Assembly (NCBI RefSeq): GCF_036321535.1
Contig: NC_087447.1
Span: 46,688,001 to 46,752,000 of the forward strand
Direction: 5' to 3'
DNA: 64,000 nt
Origin: Camelus dromedarius
Taxonomy: Eukaryota
Shown: positions 39,646-52,220 of the stretch, in pieces
Layout of the letters: each line of letters starts with the position of its first letter
Numbering within the stretch: the stretch's first letter is position 1
Translations under genes and position numbers: made by a program
The notes under the pieces: generated by a model
Databases searched by the model: none
What the model was told of the DNA's origin: nothing
Seen by the model: the letters and a program-made list of their open reading frames with translations, nothing else

Positions 39646-40009
39646 GTATGAATTTATTTACCTATTTGGAAAATAATCAGCTAAATCACAATTTTTTCTC
39701 TGTTAGCAAAAATTTGTGTTATAAATTTTTTGCAGCTTAGCTTTTTTGAATTACTGTACAGTGTATGATTATTGTCTGTCTACTTTTGTTTAAAAATATA
39801 AGTGATAAATGCTACACTGTGACCTTTTTGACTCCTTTTTTTATAATATTATCAGATCCAATTATTAGTTTCCAAAAATACTTTTTAATAGTATTTATTT
39901 TCTTATTTCTGCTGTGGCCATGCTTCACTCTTTCTCTATATTTTAGTATGAGATAGTAGCTTCTAATATCTTTTTCCACAGGTTAAAGGGCCATAGTTAA
40001 AATGATTTA

Positions 40010-42400
40010 TGTTCACAACTTACCAAGATTGAGTCATGAAGAGATAGAAAATCTGAACAGCCCTATAACTAACAAGGAGATTGAGTTAGTAATCAGCTCC
40101 CCAACCCCATATGCTGGACCAGATTATTTCACTGGTGAATTCTGCCAAGCATTTAAAGAAGAATTCATGTCAGTTCTCTTCAGACTCTTCCAAAAAATTG
40201 AGGAGGGAACACTTCCTAACTAATTCTGTGAATCAAGCATTACCCTGATTCCAAAGCAGAACTACAGACAAATATCTTTGAATATTGATGTAAACACCCT
40301 CAACAAAATACTAGCAAATAGAATTCAGCAGTACATTGAAAGGATTATACACCATGACCAAATCAGATTTATTTCTGGAATGTACAGATGGCTTAACTAC
40401 AAAAATTGATGAATATAAGGAACCACATTTATAGAATGAAGGAAGAAAACCATGTGATATCTCAATTGATGCAGAAAAGCATTTTTAACAAAGTTCAACA
40501 CTCTTTCATGATAAAAACACTGAACAAAACAGAGATAGAAGGAAACTACCTCAGCATAATAAAGGCCATATTTGAAAAACCCACAGTGAATATCATACTC
40601 AGTAGTGAAAGACTGAAAGCTTTTCTTGTGGAATCAGGAATAAGACAAGGATGCTGAGTTTTGCCTCCTCCATTCAACATAATACTGGAAGTCCTAGCAA
40701 AAGCAATTAAATAAAAAAAAAAAAAGACATTCAAATTGGAAAGAAAGAAGTAAAATTATCTCTGTTCACTGATGACAAAATCTTATGCATAGAAAGCCTG
40801 AAGATTCCACAAAAGACATATAGCTAATAAACAAATTCAGCAAGGTAGCAGGATGTAAAATCAACACAAAAAAATCAGTTGAGTTTCTGTACACTAGCAA
40901 TGAATTATCTGAAAAGGAAGTTAAGCAGTTTGACTTACAGTAACGTCAAAAAGAATAAAATACTTAGGAATAAAGTTAACCAAGGAGGCAAAAGACTTGT
41001 ACACTGAAAACTATAAAACATTGCTGAGAGAAATTGGAAGACAAATAAATGGAAAGATAGCCCATGCTCATGGATTAAAAGGCTTAAAATTGTTAGAATG
41101 TCTGTTTTACCCAAAGCAATCTACTGATGTAATGCGATCCCTATCAAAATCCCAGTTGCATGTCCTTTTTTTAAAAAAAAGATTTTTTAATTAATTATTT
41201 ATTTAGTCAGTCTTTTTTGGGGGGGGTTAGGTTTTTATTTATTTATTTTAATGGAGGTACTGGGGATTAAACCCAGGACCTTGTACATGCTAAGCACACG
41301 CTCTGCCACTGAGTTGTACTTCCCCCTGACCAGTTACATTTCTTGCAGAAATAGAAAAATTCATCCTCATTTTATACAGAATCTCACCAGTACCACAGAT
41401 AGCCACATATATGATTAAATGATTTTCTGTAAGCTTGCCGAGACCATGAGATGGGAAGAGAACAATCTCTTCAACAAATATTTTTGGAAAAACTGAATAT
41501 CCATGTGAAGAAGAATGAAGTTAGACCCTTACCTTATGCTGTATATAAAAATTAAATGAATCAAAGACCTAAACATAAGACTTAAAACCATAAAACTCTT
41601 AGAATAAGGCATTGGAGAAGTTTCACAACATATTAAACAAGGATTTCCTAGGCCCAACTCTAAATGCATAGGCAACAAATAGTAAAAATAAAAAAGATGC
41701 TCAACATTGCTAATAATTAGGGAAATGCAAATTTAAACCACAGTGAGCTATCACACCCTTTAGGAGGTTACTATAAAAGAAAAGTAACGTGTTTTTGTGA
41801 AAGTGTGGAGAAATTGGAGCCTTTGTGTGTTGGTGGGAATGTAAAATGTGGCACAGCTACTATGGAAAAGAGTATGCATGATGGTTCCTCAAAAAATTAA
41901 AGGTGATCCAGCAATTCCACTTCTGAGTATATATCTAAAAGAATTAAAGGCAGGAGCTTGAAAAAATATTTACATACCCATATTCATAGCAGCACTATTC
42001 ATAGTAGCCATGAGGTATACACACAATGGAATGTTAGCCTTAAAAAAGGAAGGAACTCTGACACATGCTACAACTTGGATGAACCTGTAGGATATTATGC
42101 TAAGTGAAATAAGCCGGTTGCAGAAAGACAAATACTATATGATTCAATTTATTTGAGGCATCTAGAGATCAGATTCATAGAAGCAGGAAGTAGAATAGTG
42201 GTTGCCAGTGGCTGGACATAGAGAGAAATGGGGAGTTGTTTTTTAATGGGTAGAGTTTCGGTTTTTCAAGATGAAGAAGTTCTGGAGATTGTTCACACAA
42301 CAATGTGAATATGTTTAATACTACTGAATGGTACAGTTAGAAATGGTTAAATGGTAACCTCTATCATACTTCTTTGCTACAATAAAATAATATTTAAAAA
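40010..42400 (+). mobile_element. Decayed LINE-1 ORF2 (reverse-transcriptase region) and 3' UTR
   Basis: ORF-track fragments LPRLSHEEIENLNSPIT, GPDYFTGEFCQAFKEE, EKPTVNIILSSERLKAF..SGIRQGC; frameshifted with stops. Confidence 0.93.
41168..41329 (-). mobile_element. tRNA-derived SINE (Vic-1-like) nested in L1 ORF2
   Basis: atggaggtactggggattaaacccaggacc; degenerate TSD ccagtt(g/a)cat..ctt on both sides. Confidence 0.88.
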
Positions 42401-42780
42401 GTCATCTATTATATGCTAGTCATTGTACTAGATGCAAGGTGTACAGAATGAATAGGACATATCCTTGATTTCAAATATTGCTCTTAGAAGAAGCACATTA
42501 CCATTATTATAGTCCTCTTCACACTCACTGTTTAATGATTAATACTGTGATGTTCCTCATACCTCATTCTGCAGGCATTTATTGTTAGTAGTTGCCACTG
42601 TTATTACTATTGTTGTTATTTACAATAGCACTTTAAGAGCTTCACTAAGATCTTAAGTCCATAAGCACTGGACTTGGTTAAGGTTGTATATAGCTTAAGT
42701 GTTACTAAAATCAGATAAAAGGAGTTTGACACTCTAGAATCAGATACTTAGTTGGTGTAGAGGTAATTCCTTGCTCTTAA

Positions 42781-43119
<339 letters not shown>

Positions 43120-43895
43120 TAGTCACTTAACCTAGTTCTTATAAACTGTAGTTAGACATTATAAACAGTATATAGTGTATAGAAGTTATAAGCCTAGTTC
43201 TTATAAACTATAGTTATAAACTATGTTAGAAGGGATCCTCTCAAATTCTGTTTTTACAAATTAGAAAATAGATACAGAGACACATAATAATATGCTCAAA
43301 ATTACACATGTTGTTAAACCCCAGAGCAGTAAGGGAGCAGTTACAAACTTTATGGGCTGATGATTCAAATCCTGCACCCTATCTTGTGACCATTTAGATA
43401 CACCTCTACAGTGTGGTTTTTCTAATTTGTGGCATCATTAGGGACATTAGGCAGAATTTTTGTCTCTTGATAGATCAGCTCTTCCTAAATAATTGTTATT
43501 CTTTTAAAGATTTTGGGGATGTAGATGTTGACTTCTTTCCTTGATAGTTTAGTACAGTGGACTCTCTCTTCTAGGCCAGTTGGATTATTTAGCCTGTTGA
43601 AGGCCTTTGTGTATGTAGAGAAGAACTAGACAGTATGTAGATGCGAAAATAGTAAGGGCTCTTTTGGATATAGTTTCCTGTATTAATATATTCAGTAATT
43701 ATATGAGTACTACATGTACCAAACATCTAAATCTTGGGAAAACAGTAAAGTGTGATAAATGACATTCATTGTGCTTTAAATATTTTGATTTTTTTTTAAA
43801 GCTAATTCTGCAAGGTTGCAAGGGCAAGCATTGTGGAAACCCTTCTGAATGTAATAGTGTTAAAATTGATTTTGTTGGATTCTTCTCTTCCTTAG

Positions 43896-44060
43896 GTCTC
43901 CCATTTTTCTAAGTATGGCCTTCAGGATTCTGATGAAGAGGAGGAGGAACGGCCATCCAAAACTAGTACAAAGAAGTTGAAGACTGCCCCTTTGCCTCCT
44001 GCAGGCCAGGCCACCCCATTCCAGATGGCTCTTAATGGCAAACCAGCACCTCCACCCCAG
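43896..44060 (+). CDS. NUP98: NUP98 exon 20 with HF|S autocleavage site (43902-43910); N-terminus of NUP96
   Basis: ccttag| VSHFSKYGLQDSDEEEEERPSK...KPAPPPQ |gtagag; 165 nt. Confidence 0.97.
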
Positions 44061-44078
44061 GTAGAGACAGGACAATGA
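44061..44078 (+). CDS. NUP98: Read-through C-terminus (VETGQ*) of the short NUP98-only isoform
   Basis: Unspliced exon 20 continues gta gag aca gga caa tga; human short isoform is known to end the same way (VEKKGQ, from recall). Confidence 0.85.
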   Translation, partial: VETGQ

Positions 44079-44966
44079 ATTTGAATGGAATCCATGATAC
44101 AGAAGTTGAAAGCAAGTCATTCAGCTAGTACAAAGCTGTTATGTGACACCTGGAACTTTGAAGAGTACAAATGTATTGGCAATCATATTGAGACAAGTAC
44201 AAAGGAGGGCTTAAGGTGGTACTGGCATCTGTTTTTTACTTGAGAGATTTAAAGAATTCTCTTGCTGTTTGGATCATTGCTTCTACAGATTGTCATTCTT
44301 AAACATCTCCCTCTCTTTCATTTGGACTTCTGAATTCTCTGCTCAGTGATCAACTTAAGATAGTATTTTGCTTGTGTAGGTTGATGCCAAGTAAATCCTA
44401 CTTTTGTTGACCATCTAATGTGCAGTTTATTCTTATTCTTTACCTCTGTGGATTTTTAAAAAGTTCAATTAGCTTTCTGCGAGGGTTTTTAAACTCCATT
44501 TTTCTCAAGTTGTTCACTTATACTTCAGGTAATCTCTTGATATTTGTATTTTAACAATACATAATCTTTATGAAAATACATAAAGCTTTAGAATACAAAT
44601 GAATTACTTGGCTTGGAGAGAGTAGGGGCTGCATTGTTTATTGCAGTTACTTGTATCATACTCTTTTTCAGTATTGTTAAGCCAGTATATGCCTTTTGTC
44701 CTTGTAAGGAAAGGTTTGTATTTTAAATATCAGGTAGTTTTTTTGCCAACACGTAAAGAGTTTTACTTTCATTTGGATGTTGTTTATATTCAGTCAAGTT
44801 ATAAAAAAATTTTTTTTCTTTGCTGCCATACTCCCTCAAAGAAGAGAACTTGATACAGAATTTCTTTGTAAAGCATCCTCTACCTCTCAGCTGCTAAAAG
44901 CAGGACCTTTGGAATTTTCCACGCTACAATTCTTATGGCTGCTAAAATGTGCGATTTTTATGATTT

Positions 44967-44972
44967 ATTAAA
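44967..44972 (+). terminator. Candidate intronic polyadenylation signal (ATTAAA) of short isoform; alternative AATAAA at 45279-45284
   Basis: ATTAAA followed ~30-60 nt later by GU-rich ttgttgtgtacgtatgtt and a G-run; U/A-rich UTR-like sequence upstream. Confidence 0.5.
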
Positions 44973-47900
44973 TAATTTCTTGGGAGGCACTGTCTGCAGA
45001 TTGTTGTGTACGTATGTTCATATTTGCGCGTGGGGGGGGGTCCAATAAGTGGGAAATGGGACATATGCTGACTTATCTTTATACTATTTGTAGCATTTCG
45101 AATAGCCCCAAGAAATCTCTTCTGAATTTAAGAAATGGCTATAAATGGACTTGAGTTTCCAGTTACCCATATTCATTTTGTCTGACTCATATACTTTGTA
45201 TAAATTCTCTTTCCAAAGTGTTTTTTAATCTTACGTTTACATGTATTTCTAAGATAAGAGTTAGCCTTCATTTCTGCCAATAAAAGTAGTACGTAGGATC
45301 CTAAATATACAGCTGGAAAAGAAAAGCTTCTCTGTGGACAGACAGAAAATTTATGTACTGTTGATATCACATCAGTGGTTTTAGGCTCTTTAATTCCCTG
45401 AATACAAATAGTAAGAGGTATCTGTAAATTTCTATGATGGCACTACACTAGGTGAGAGTTCTTTTGAAAAGTTGAGCACCAAAAAATTTCAGAACAAGGT
45501 CTAGGAAAAAGAGGTGGTAAGGATTAAGATGGGCAATGAGAACAATGAATAGGTATCTTTTTCAGGTATCTCTTTGATAGAGGAAGTTGGTGGTCTTTGA
45601 CCTTTTGGGTGCACGAAGCAGAAATGGGAGAAATGGGTAGATTGTTTAGATATTCACGCTAATGTGTTAGACCAGTAATGTGTGATTCTGGAGAACTCTT
45701 CAACTGTGATGCCCAGTGACCTGTGTGAGGTGGGTGGGAAATGCCAGTGGTTGCACAGTTTTTAGTTATTAGTACCAGAGACCTACATTTTACTTGGCAT
45801 GAGGAAAATACTTGAACCATCTGAATAAACTGGGAACAGCATCGTCTTCTCATCCAAGCATCAAGATGACTGTCTTCACATTGTCACCTGGCCTCCTGAA
45901 GAGATTGATTTCTGTGATGTGGTGGTCCTTCAGTCTGTTGTAGCTTTTTTTCCCCTCTGTACACACTCTCAGGTTCTCTGAGGGTGGGGGGATTCTTTGA
46001 GGCTAGGAAACTGGTTTTGTTTAATGGTTACATTTATTCTACTACCTTTTATATAATTTCCTCAGTCCCCTCTTTGCATTTCATTCTTAAGCCTTGCTTT
46101 GCTCCTAAAGAAGCAAGTAAATCTAAGCAAACAGAAAACAGAAAGGTAACTAAATTTTTATGTAATCTCTTATGCCTTTTAAGTTAGGGAAAATGTTGGC
46201 AGAAAAACCTTCATCACACAGATGAATTAAGGCGGTTGCAAACATTTGTTTGGTAGTTAGAACATTTGTTCCAAAATGCTCATCTGAGACTTAGTTTTCA
46301 GCTGACTGCCTCAGTACCTTGGTGAGCTTTGATTCTATAGATTTAGCATGAGGCTCAGGGTCAGGTGATTGAGATACACACCCAGGGTTCAGAACTGTTT
46401 GTCAGATCTTTGGCATTGAGGTAGAGAGACACGTTGCTTTTTCCTCTCAGCCTTATTCTGAAATGTGACTTGTGTTCAGTACAGTCAAAGCAAACGAGTT
46501 GACTTGCTCAGAAACTTAGCAAGTCACTTGATGAGCGCATTCAATAATTGTTCACTTGATGAGTGCATTCAAATAAATTTTTTATAGTTGTACTTCAAAA
46601 AAAAGTTTTTTAAAGGAAAAAAGTGATTAGGGTTTAGAATAAAATTCCACTTTATCTTTTGTTTACATTTTAAAAAAAGATAAAGTGGCAGCTATCTAAA
46701 TTTATCCAGTGAATCTATATATTTTCATTCATATTTTATCTAGTTTTTATATATTACATATATATAAAATAATTCTATAGCCACAAAGTCCTTTTGCTTC
46801 ATATATTCATGTTATTGAGTCATATTCCTCCTGCAGTAATATCCATGAATGTTTGTGTATAAACATGCACATTCTTGTGGGCCTTTGAAACCCTGTTATG
46901 GAATTTCCCTTGAACACAATATTGTTGACAGTGCTGATTTTCCAGCAAAATGAACATAAAACATTCTTTGCACTTAGAAAACAGGTTGTTTTGGAGGCAG
47001 GCAATAGTAGTAGTTATACTGGATTAAGCTGTTTGGCTGGGAGGACAATACGAATTATTTAAACATCGGTTTGACCTTGGACTGGGTATTCACCCTTCAT
47101 TGAATAAGGGTATCTTGATATACTTTACTTATTTGAATTACTTTATTGGATTAAGAGATATTTTATCTTTAGGATTTTGTTATATGAGTTAGAGAATCGA
47201 GATTTCCAAAAACATTAATGTTTCAGTACTGAAACCTGACCTTCCATGTATCTAAAGAGACAGTCATTTTACAAATAGTGTCTGTGTACTTAGTATTTGT
47301 AATGGACTTCTTTTCTTTTTCCTTCTTTCCTTCCTTAATTTCTTCTGAGTCACCAATTTTTTATTAGTCTACTTTTCTTTCTAGGACTGGCTTTGAAGAA
47401 GCACCTGCTCTCCCAAGATTTCTTTAAAAGTAACCTCTTTTGGGGTAGTTTATTGCAATTACTTAGATATACTTAAAATTCACACACGGGGGTTCTAGGA
47501 TTTTGCCTGGACCTCATAGTTTCATAGTAATTCTTTTCCCCTGTTCACTTATTCGACGATATTAGCCTATTAGGTTTGAAGTCTACGCATAAGGGTAAAG
47601 CAAATAAAATCTTGATCCTTGGCATTCTTCAAGATAGGCTGAGTCCCATAGGACTCTGATCTAGTTATTTGATGAAATCCTCCCACTTTGCCAAAACGTT
47701 CTAAGTGAGCATGTCTTGCTGTTACTATTACTCGTTTGTTGAATAGTATAAAAAATTGGAGCCATCCTCCCCCTTCTTCCTTTCTTCCCACCTATAATCA
47801 CTCTTTATCCTTTTATAGTTATTAGTCGCATTTTCTACCTTATAGCAAGCACTGCATTAGGCAGTAGAAATAAAGTGTTTTGATTAATATTGGATTTAAC

Positions 47901-49394
47901 ACTACTTGGTGTTAGATACATAAAATAGTAGGTTATAATCTCTGCTTTCAAGCCTTCACAATCTGGTAGGACAAATATATATATACACACACACATAAAT
48001 GTGTGTGTGTATATATATTACAAGAAATAATATGTCATGGTACATTATGTAAAATAAGTACAGACAGTATTATGGGAACAAGCAGAAGAGGGTATTCTGA
48101 CAAGTTTACAGAGTCTGGGGAGTTTTAAAAAGTACCATTTTTGCATTTTAACTGTTACCTAGCCTCCAGTTTTGTTAGAGCAGTCCTTGGGGAATGTTCA
48201 CGACTAAAGTGGCAATTCACTGTATCCAACACCCCAGTTTTTTGGGGGGTTTTTTTGGTATGGTTATAGATGGGAGTAATCATTTTTTTAGTGAGGATAT
48301 TTGTTGAAGGGATGCAGAGGAGTAATAGATATACCTTTGAAAATAAGTTTTTAACAGTTACACTAATTGTTTCTTGGTCCAAAGAAGTCATGAAACTTTT
48401 TTTAAACCATCTGTTGTATAATAGCATCCTTTTGAAATTTTGCATGAAATAGGCCACTTGTGAAAGATAAACCAAAAAATTGTAGGGGTTTAGCAATCTA
48501 CAGATGATATAAGAAAGATAACTGGTAGAACTCTTAGATGAGGATGTTTCATAAATTGGTTTAGCCCCTTGTTAACATTTTACCAAGTCGTATGTGACTT
48601 TAGGATATATTTAATGAAATGTTCTGAGCCAATTAATTTTACAGTGTGTTTCAGCTTTGTATTTACCTTTTTAAACCATACTGTTAATCATGGCTGTATC
48701 TTTAAAACTGCTTAATAAATGTGAATATAACTCTTGACACATTTAAACATAAATGAATTATTCCCGGATTGAAAATGTTCCTCATGTTATTTTGTGTTTC
48801 CTTTGGGAAATTAGAGTAGACATTCCTCATCTGACATGGTACTGTGCAGGTAGAACCCAGTTAACCTTAGGATTCAGTCACTCAAAAGATAAATTCCAAG
48901 GTCAAAGTTGTGTGTGTTAACTAGAAATTTTATTTCTAAATGTTTTCTTTAAGAAAATGCAAAGTTACTGAAGACTTTGATACTTGTCCCTTTTATTCTC
49001 TTGGCCTATTGATTTCTGGCTACAGGCAGTGTAAGGGCAGGATAACCCTGTGTGAATCAGAAAATTACAGTTGCTAGCTAAATCAGGGAAAGCATAATCT
49101 TTATTTGAAGGCTACCATTTGTTCAGGGTGAGTGCTGGCATAGATTGCAGACAGCAGACCATAACATTGCAGAAGGGTGATTCCATGAATCCTCATTTAG
49201 ATCCTAAGTACTAATAGAAGAACTTTGGAGTAATTGTTATTAAATCCTCATTAGCAAATTTGTTACCTCACATTATAATAGAATGGGCAGAATCTAATAC
49301 TGTTTTATTCTAAATAAACTTAATATGGTCTAGAAGCTCTATGTCTATTTGGTGTAATTTAATGCTGCTTCCCTAATCTTTCTGCTATCTACAG

Positions 49395-49577
49395 AGCCAG
49401 AGCCCAGAGGTGGAGCAGTTAGGGAGGGTTGTGGAACTGGACAGTGACATGGTAGATATCACCCAGGAGCCAGTTTTGGATTCCATGTTAGAAGAGAGCG
49501 TGCCTGAGGATCAGGAACCTGTGTCCGCCTCAACACACATTGCATCTTCACTGGGAATTAATCCACATGTCTTACAG
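49395..49577 (+). CDS. NUP98: NUP98 exon 21 (NUP96 part)
   Basis: ctacag| SQSPEVEQLGRVVELDSDMVDITQEPV...SLGINPHVLQ |gtgaag; 183 nt. Confidence 0.96.
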
Positions 49578-50299
49578 GTGAAGTCCTAACCCATCCTTAC
49601 TACACCAGGAATCCAAACTAATATTTATCTCCCTTTCATAACATCAGGTTTTTTCCTTCATTAATCACTTAAGAGCATTGAGTGGTCATTGGAATGAGAA
49701 GAAACAGGAATGTGGCCCATGTTTGGGCATCATTTTCCTGTTTGTGGAGGGAAGGCTATATGGAGATTCAGAAGACCTAGATTCTAACTTCAGTTTTGTA
49801 ACCATTACTATGTGACTTTTGGGCAAGTCATTTAATATGTGTGAGCACTGATGTTTCTCTATAAAATATTCATTTTATAGTTCATTTACTTCAGAGTGGT
49901 TTTGAGGCTCTAGAAAGTGCTCCACAAAAGTTAAAAAAAAAAAAAACATAGATACAAGTTTCTTTAAGCTCTGTCTCCACTTGCTCCTGCTTATGCCTTT
50001 TGTCACATTATGAATATAGCCTTTGTCTTCTATTTGACTTTGAAATTAATTCATTGAGCAAACATGTGAGTAATGCTGTGTGCCAGGCTCTGGTGAGACT
50101 GCATATACAAAGGAGAGGAGTTTTATATAACTTCTATCCTCCAGGCACACATAGTGTAATGGAGTCAGTCACACAATTTTATACTAGCTCTGGACACAGC
50201 CTGAGACAGAACTTTTTATTGGTTGTTGTAAACTGTATTTTTCTTTTATGGCCTTTGCATTTGGGGAGCATATTCATTCTATAAGTATTACCTTTTTAG

Positions 50300-50456
50300 A
50301 TCATGAAAGCATCTTTGCTTGCTGATGAAGAAGATGTAGATATGGTCATGGATCAACGCTTCAGTCGCCTTCCTTCTAAAGCAGATACTTCTCAAGAAAT
50401 CTGTTCTCCCAGGCTCCCCATTTCAGCAACTCACTCATCAAAATCCCGTTCACTAG
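50300..50456 (+). CDS. NUP98: NUP98 exon 22 (NUP96 part)
   Basis: cctttttag| IMKASLLADEEDVDMVMDQRFSRLPSK...SKSRSL |gtactg; 157 nt. Confidence 0.96.
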
Positions 50457-51319
50457 GTACTGTAAAAAATGCTGTTTTACAAGAAAGCCATAAAGTTCAG
50501 CTACTCATGTATCTTCTTCTAAGTTGAGTCAACTTCTAGCAAATATCCCTCTAAAGGCATCTGATAATAAAGATGCCAAAGGAAACGTACTCTTAAAAAT
50601 ATGTTAGGTGGGGCCCGTTTTTAAAAAAACAAGATTATTTGGTGCAGATGCAGAAGTTGTATGGAGAGAAAGGCATTTGTGTTTTGTTTAGGGGCGTATC
50701 GTCCTGCACTATACTCTGTATAGTTCTAACACTATCCTTACTGCTTTCCAAGGGCAACTGTTGCTTCTTACAATACACAAAGCTTTTCTGCTTTGCCCTA
50801 AACCTTCCCAAATTCCCAGGGAAGCATTTACCTGTTTCATTTTAAAGCTTTTTCTTTTCTAGTGAGCTTGTAACTATGTGGATTGGAGGTCAAGTGTTGG
50901 TATCAACAAAGCACTTAATAAGCAGGTATAATTTCAGAACATTTTGAAAGCCAGAGGAACTACTAGGAAGAGATTTGTTTATGTTGTCTTAAAAACTAAA
51001 TGTTTATTTTTCAATTCTTTTCAGTGCCCTTATTACAAACTTTCATTTAAAAAAAGAATAATAAAGCATCAGTTAAACTTTTATAACAGCCTTTTCCATA
51101 ATGAGCACTACATGAAACCTCATACTTCAATAACTAACTCCTTGCTTTAGATAGGAAACAGGCAATAGTAACAAGAACTATCCTTCTAAAAGGCATATAT
51201 GCAACACAAGATGCTTCAGTGGGTTCTTGTTTCCTTAAGTCTAGCACTGAGTGCTGGAGTGTTAGGAATTTGAGTTCTGATCTTACTTTTTATAGTGACT
51301 AAGAAAGGGTTGCATTTGG

Positions 51320-51560
51320 CATTCTGATGAGGGCATGAGCCTTGGTGTCAGACTTATCTGGGCTTACCTCTCAGGCATGCCACTTAGTAGCTTTGTGGAT
51401 TTGGACAAGTAACAGAACAGCCCAGTTTTCCTACCTATAAAATGAGAGCAGTAATATTCTTCACTTAAAGTTATTGAAGGATAAAATGAAATAATGAAAC
51501 AATGTATACATATGGCTTATATGGAGTCTGCTGCAGGTAAGTGCTAGATAGTTTTTTAAA
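51320..51560 (+). mobile_element. MIR fragment
   Basis: gccacttagtagctttgtggatttggacaagt...cagttttcctacctataaaatgagagcagtaat. Confidence 0.7.
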
Positions 51561-51790
51561 TAGTAATAGTGTTTGTTATTAATGTTATTGTTGTTGACAT
51601 CATCATCATTAGAATTCCTGCCTTGATTTCCTGATTGAAAAAGTAATTTCTGCAGAGTCTGATATATAACCTGCTTCTGGCCATCTATATCTGATTTAAT
51701 TAGTTTAATAAAACTAATTTCAACTTTGCTGGTTGTTGTTCAAGAATCAATAGACTGTATTTCCTAATAGTCTTTTTCTCATTATTTTAG

Positions 51791-52220
51791 TAGGTGGGTT
51801 GCTACAATCAAAATTTACAAGTGGAACTTTTCTTTCACCAAGTGCCTCTTTACAAGAATGTCGCACTCCCAGAACATCATCATTGATGAATATCCCATCC
51901 ACATCCCCTTGGTCTGTCCCTCCACCCCTGACCTCTGTGTTCACGGTGCCCAGCCCAGCCCCTGAGGTTCAGTTGAAAACAGTGGGTACACGCAGGCAAC
52001 CAGGCCTAGTCCCTCTTGAAAAGTCTGTCACCTATGGAAAGGGGAAACTCTTGATGGACATGGCCCTGTTTATGGGACGCTCATTTCGGGTTGGTTGGGG
52101 CCCCAACTGGACTCTGGCTAATAGTGGAGAACAGCTGTGCAGCTCTCAGGAACTGGAAAATCATCAGATTGTTGAGTCTATGGAATATGGATTCCTGCCT
52201 AATCCAGCAGCTGTTAAATC
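51791..52220 (+). CDS. NUP98: NUP98 exon 23 (NUP96 part)
   Basis: attttag| GGLLQSKFTSG...LMDMALFMGRSFRVGWGPNWTLA...PAAVK |gtgagt; 430 nt. Confidence 0.96.

Noticed and set aside
40002..41194. Functional reverse-transcriptase gene
   Set aside because: L1 ORF2 remnants broken by stops, frameshifts, deletions and a SINE insertion
46524..46579. CRISPR-like repeat
   Set aside because: Only two adjacent units, no spacers, mammalian intron
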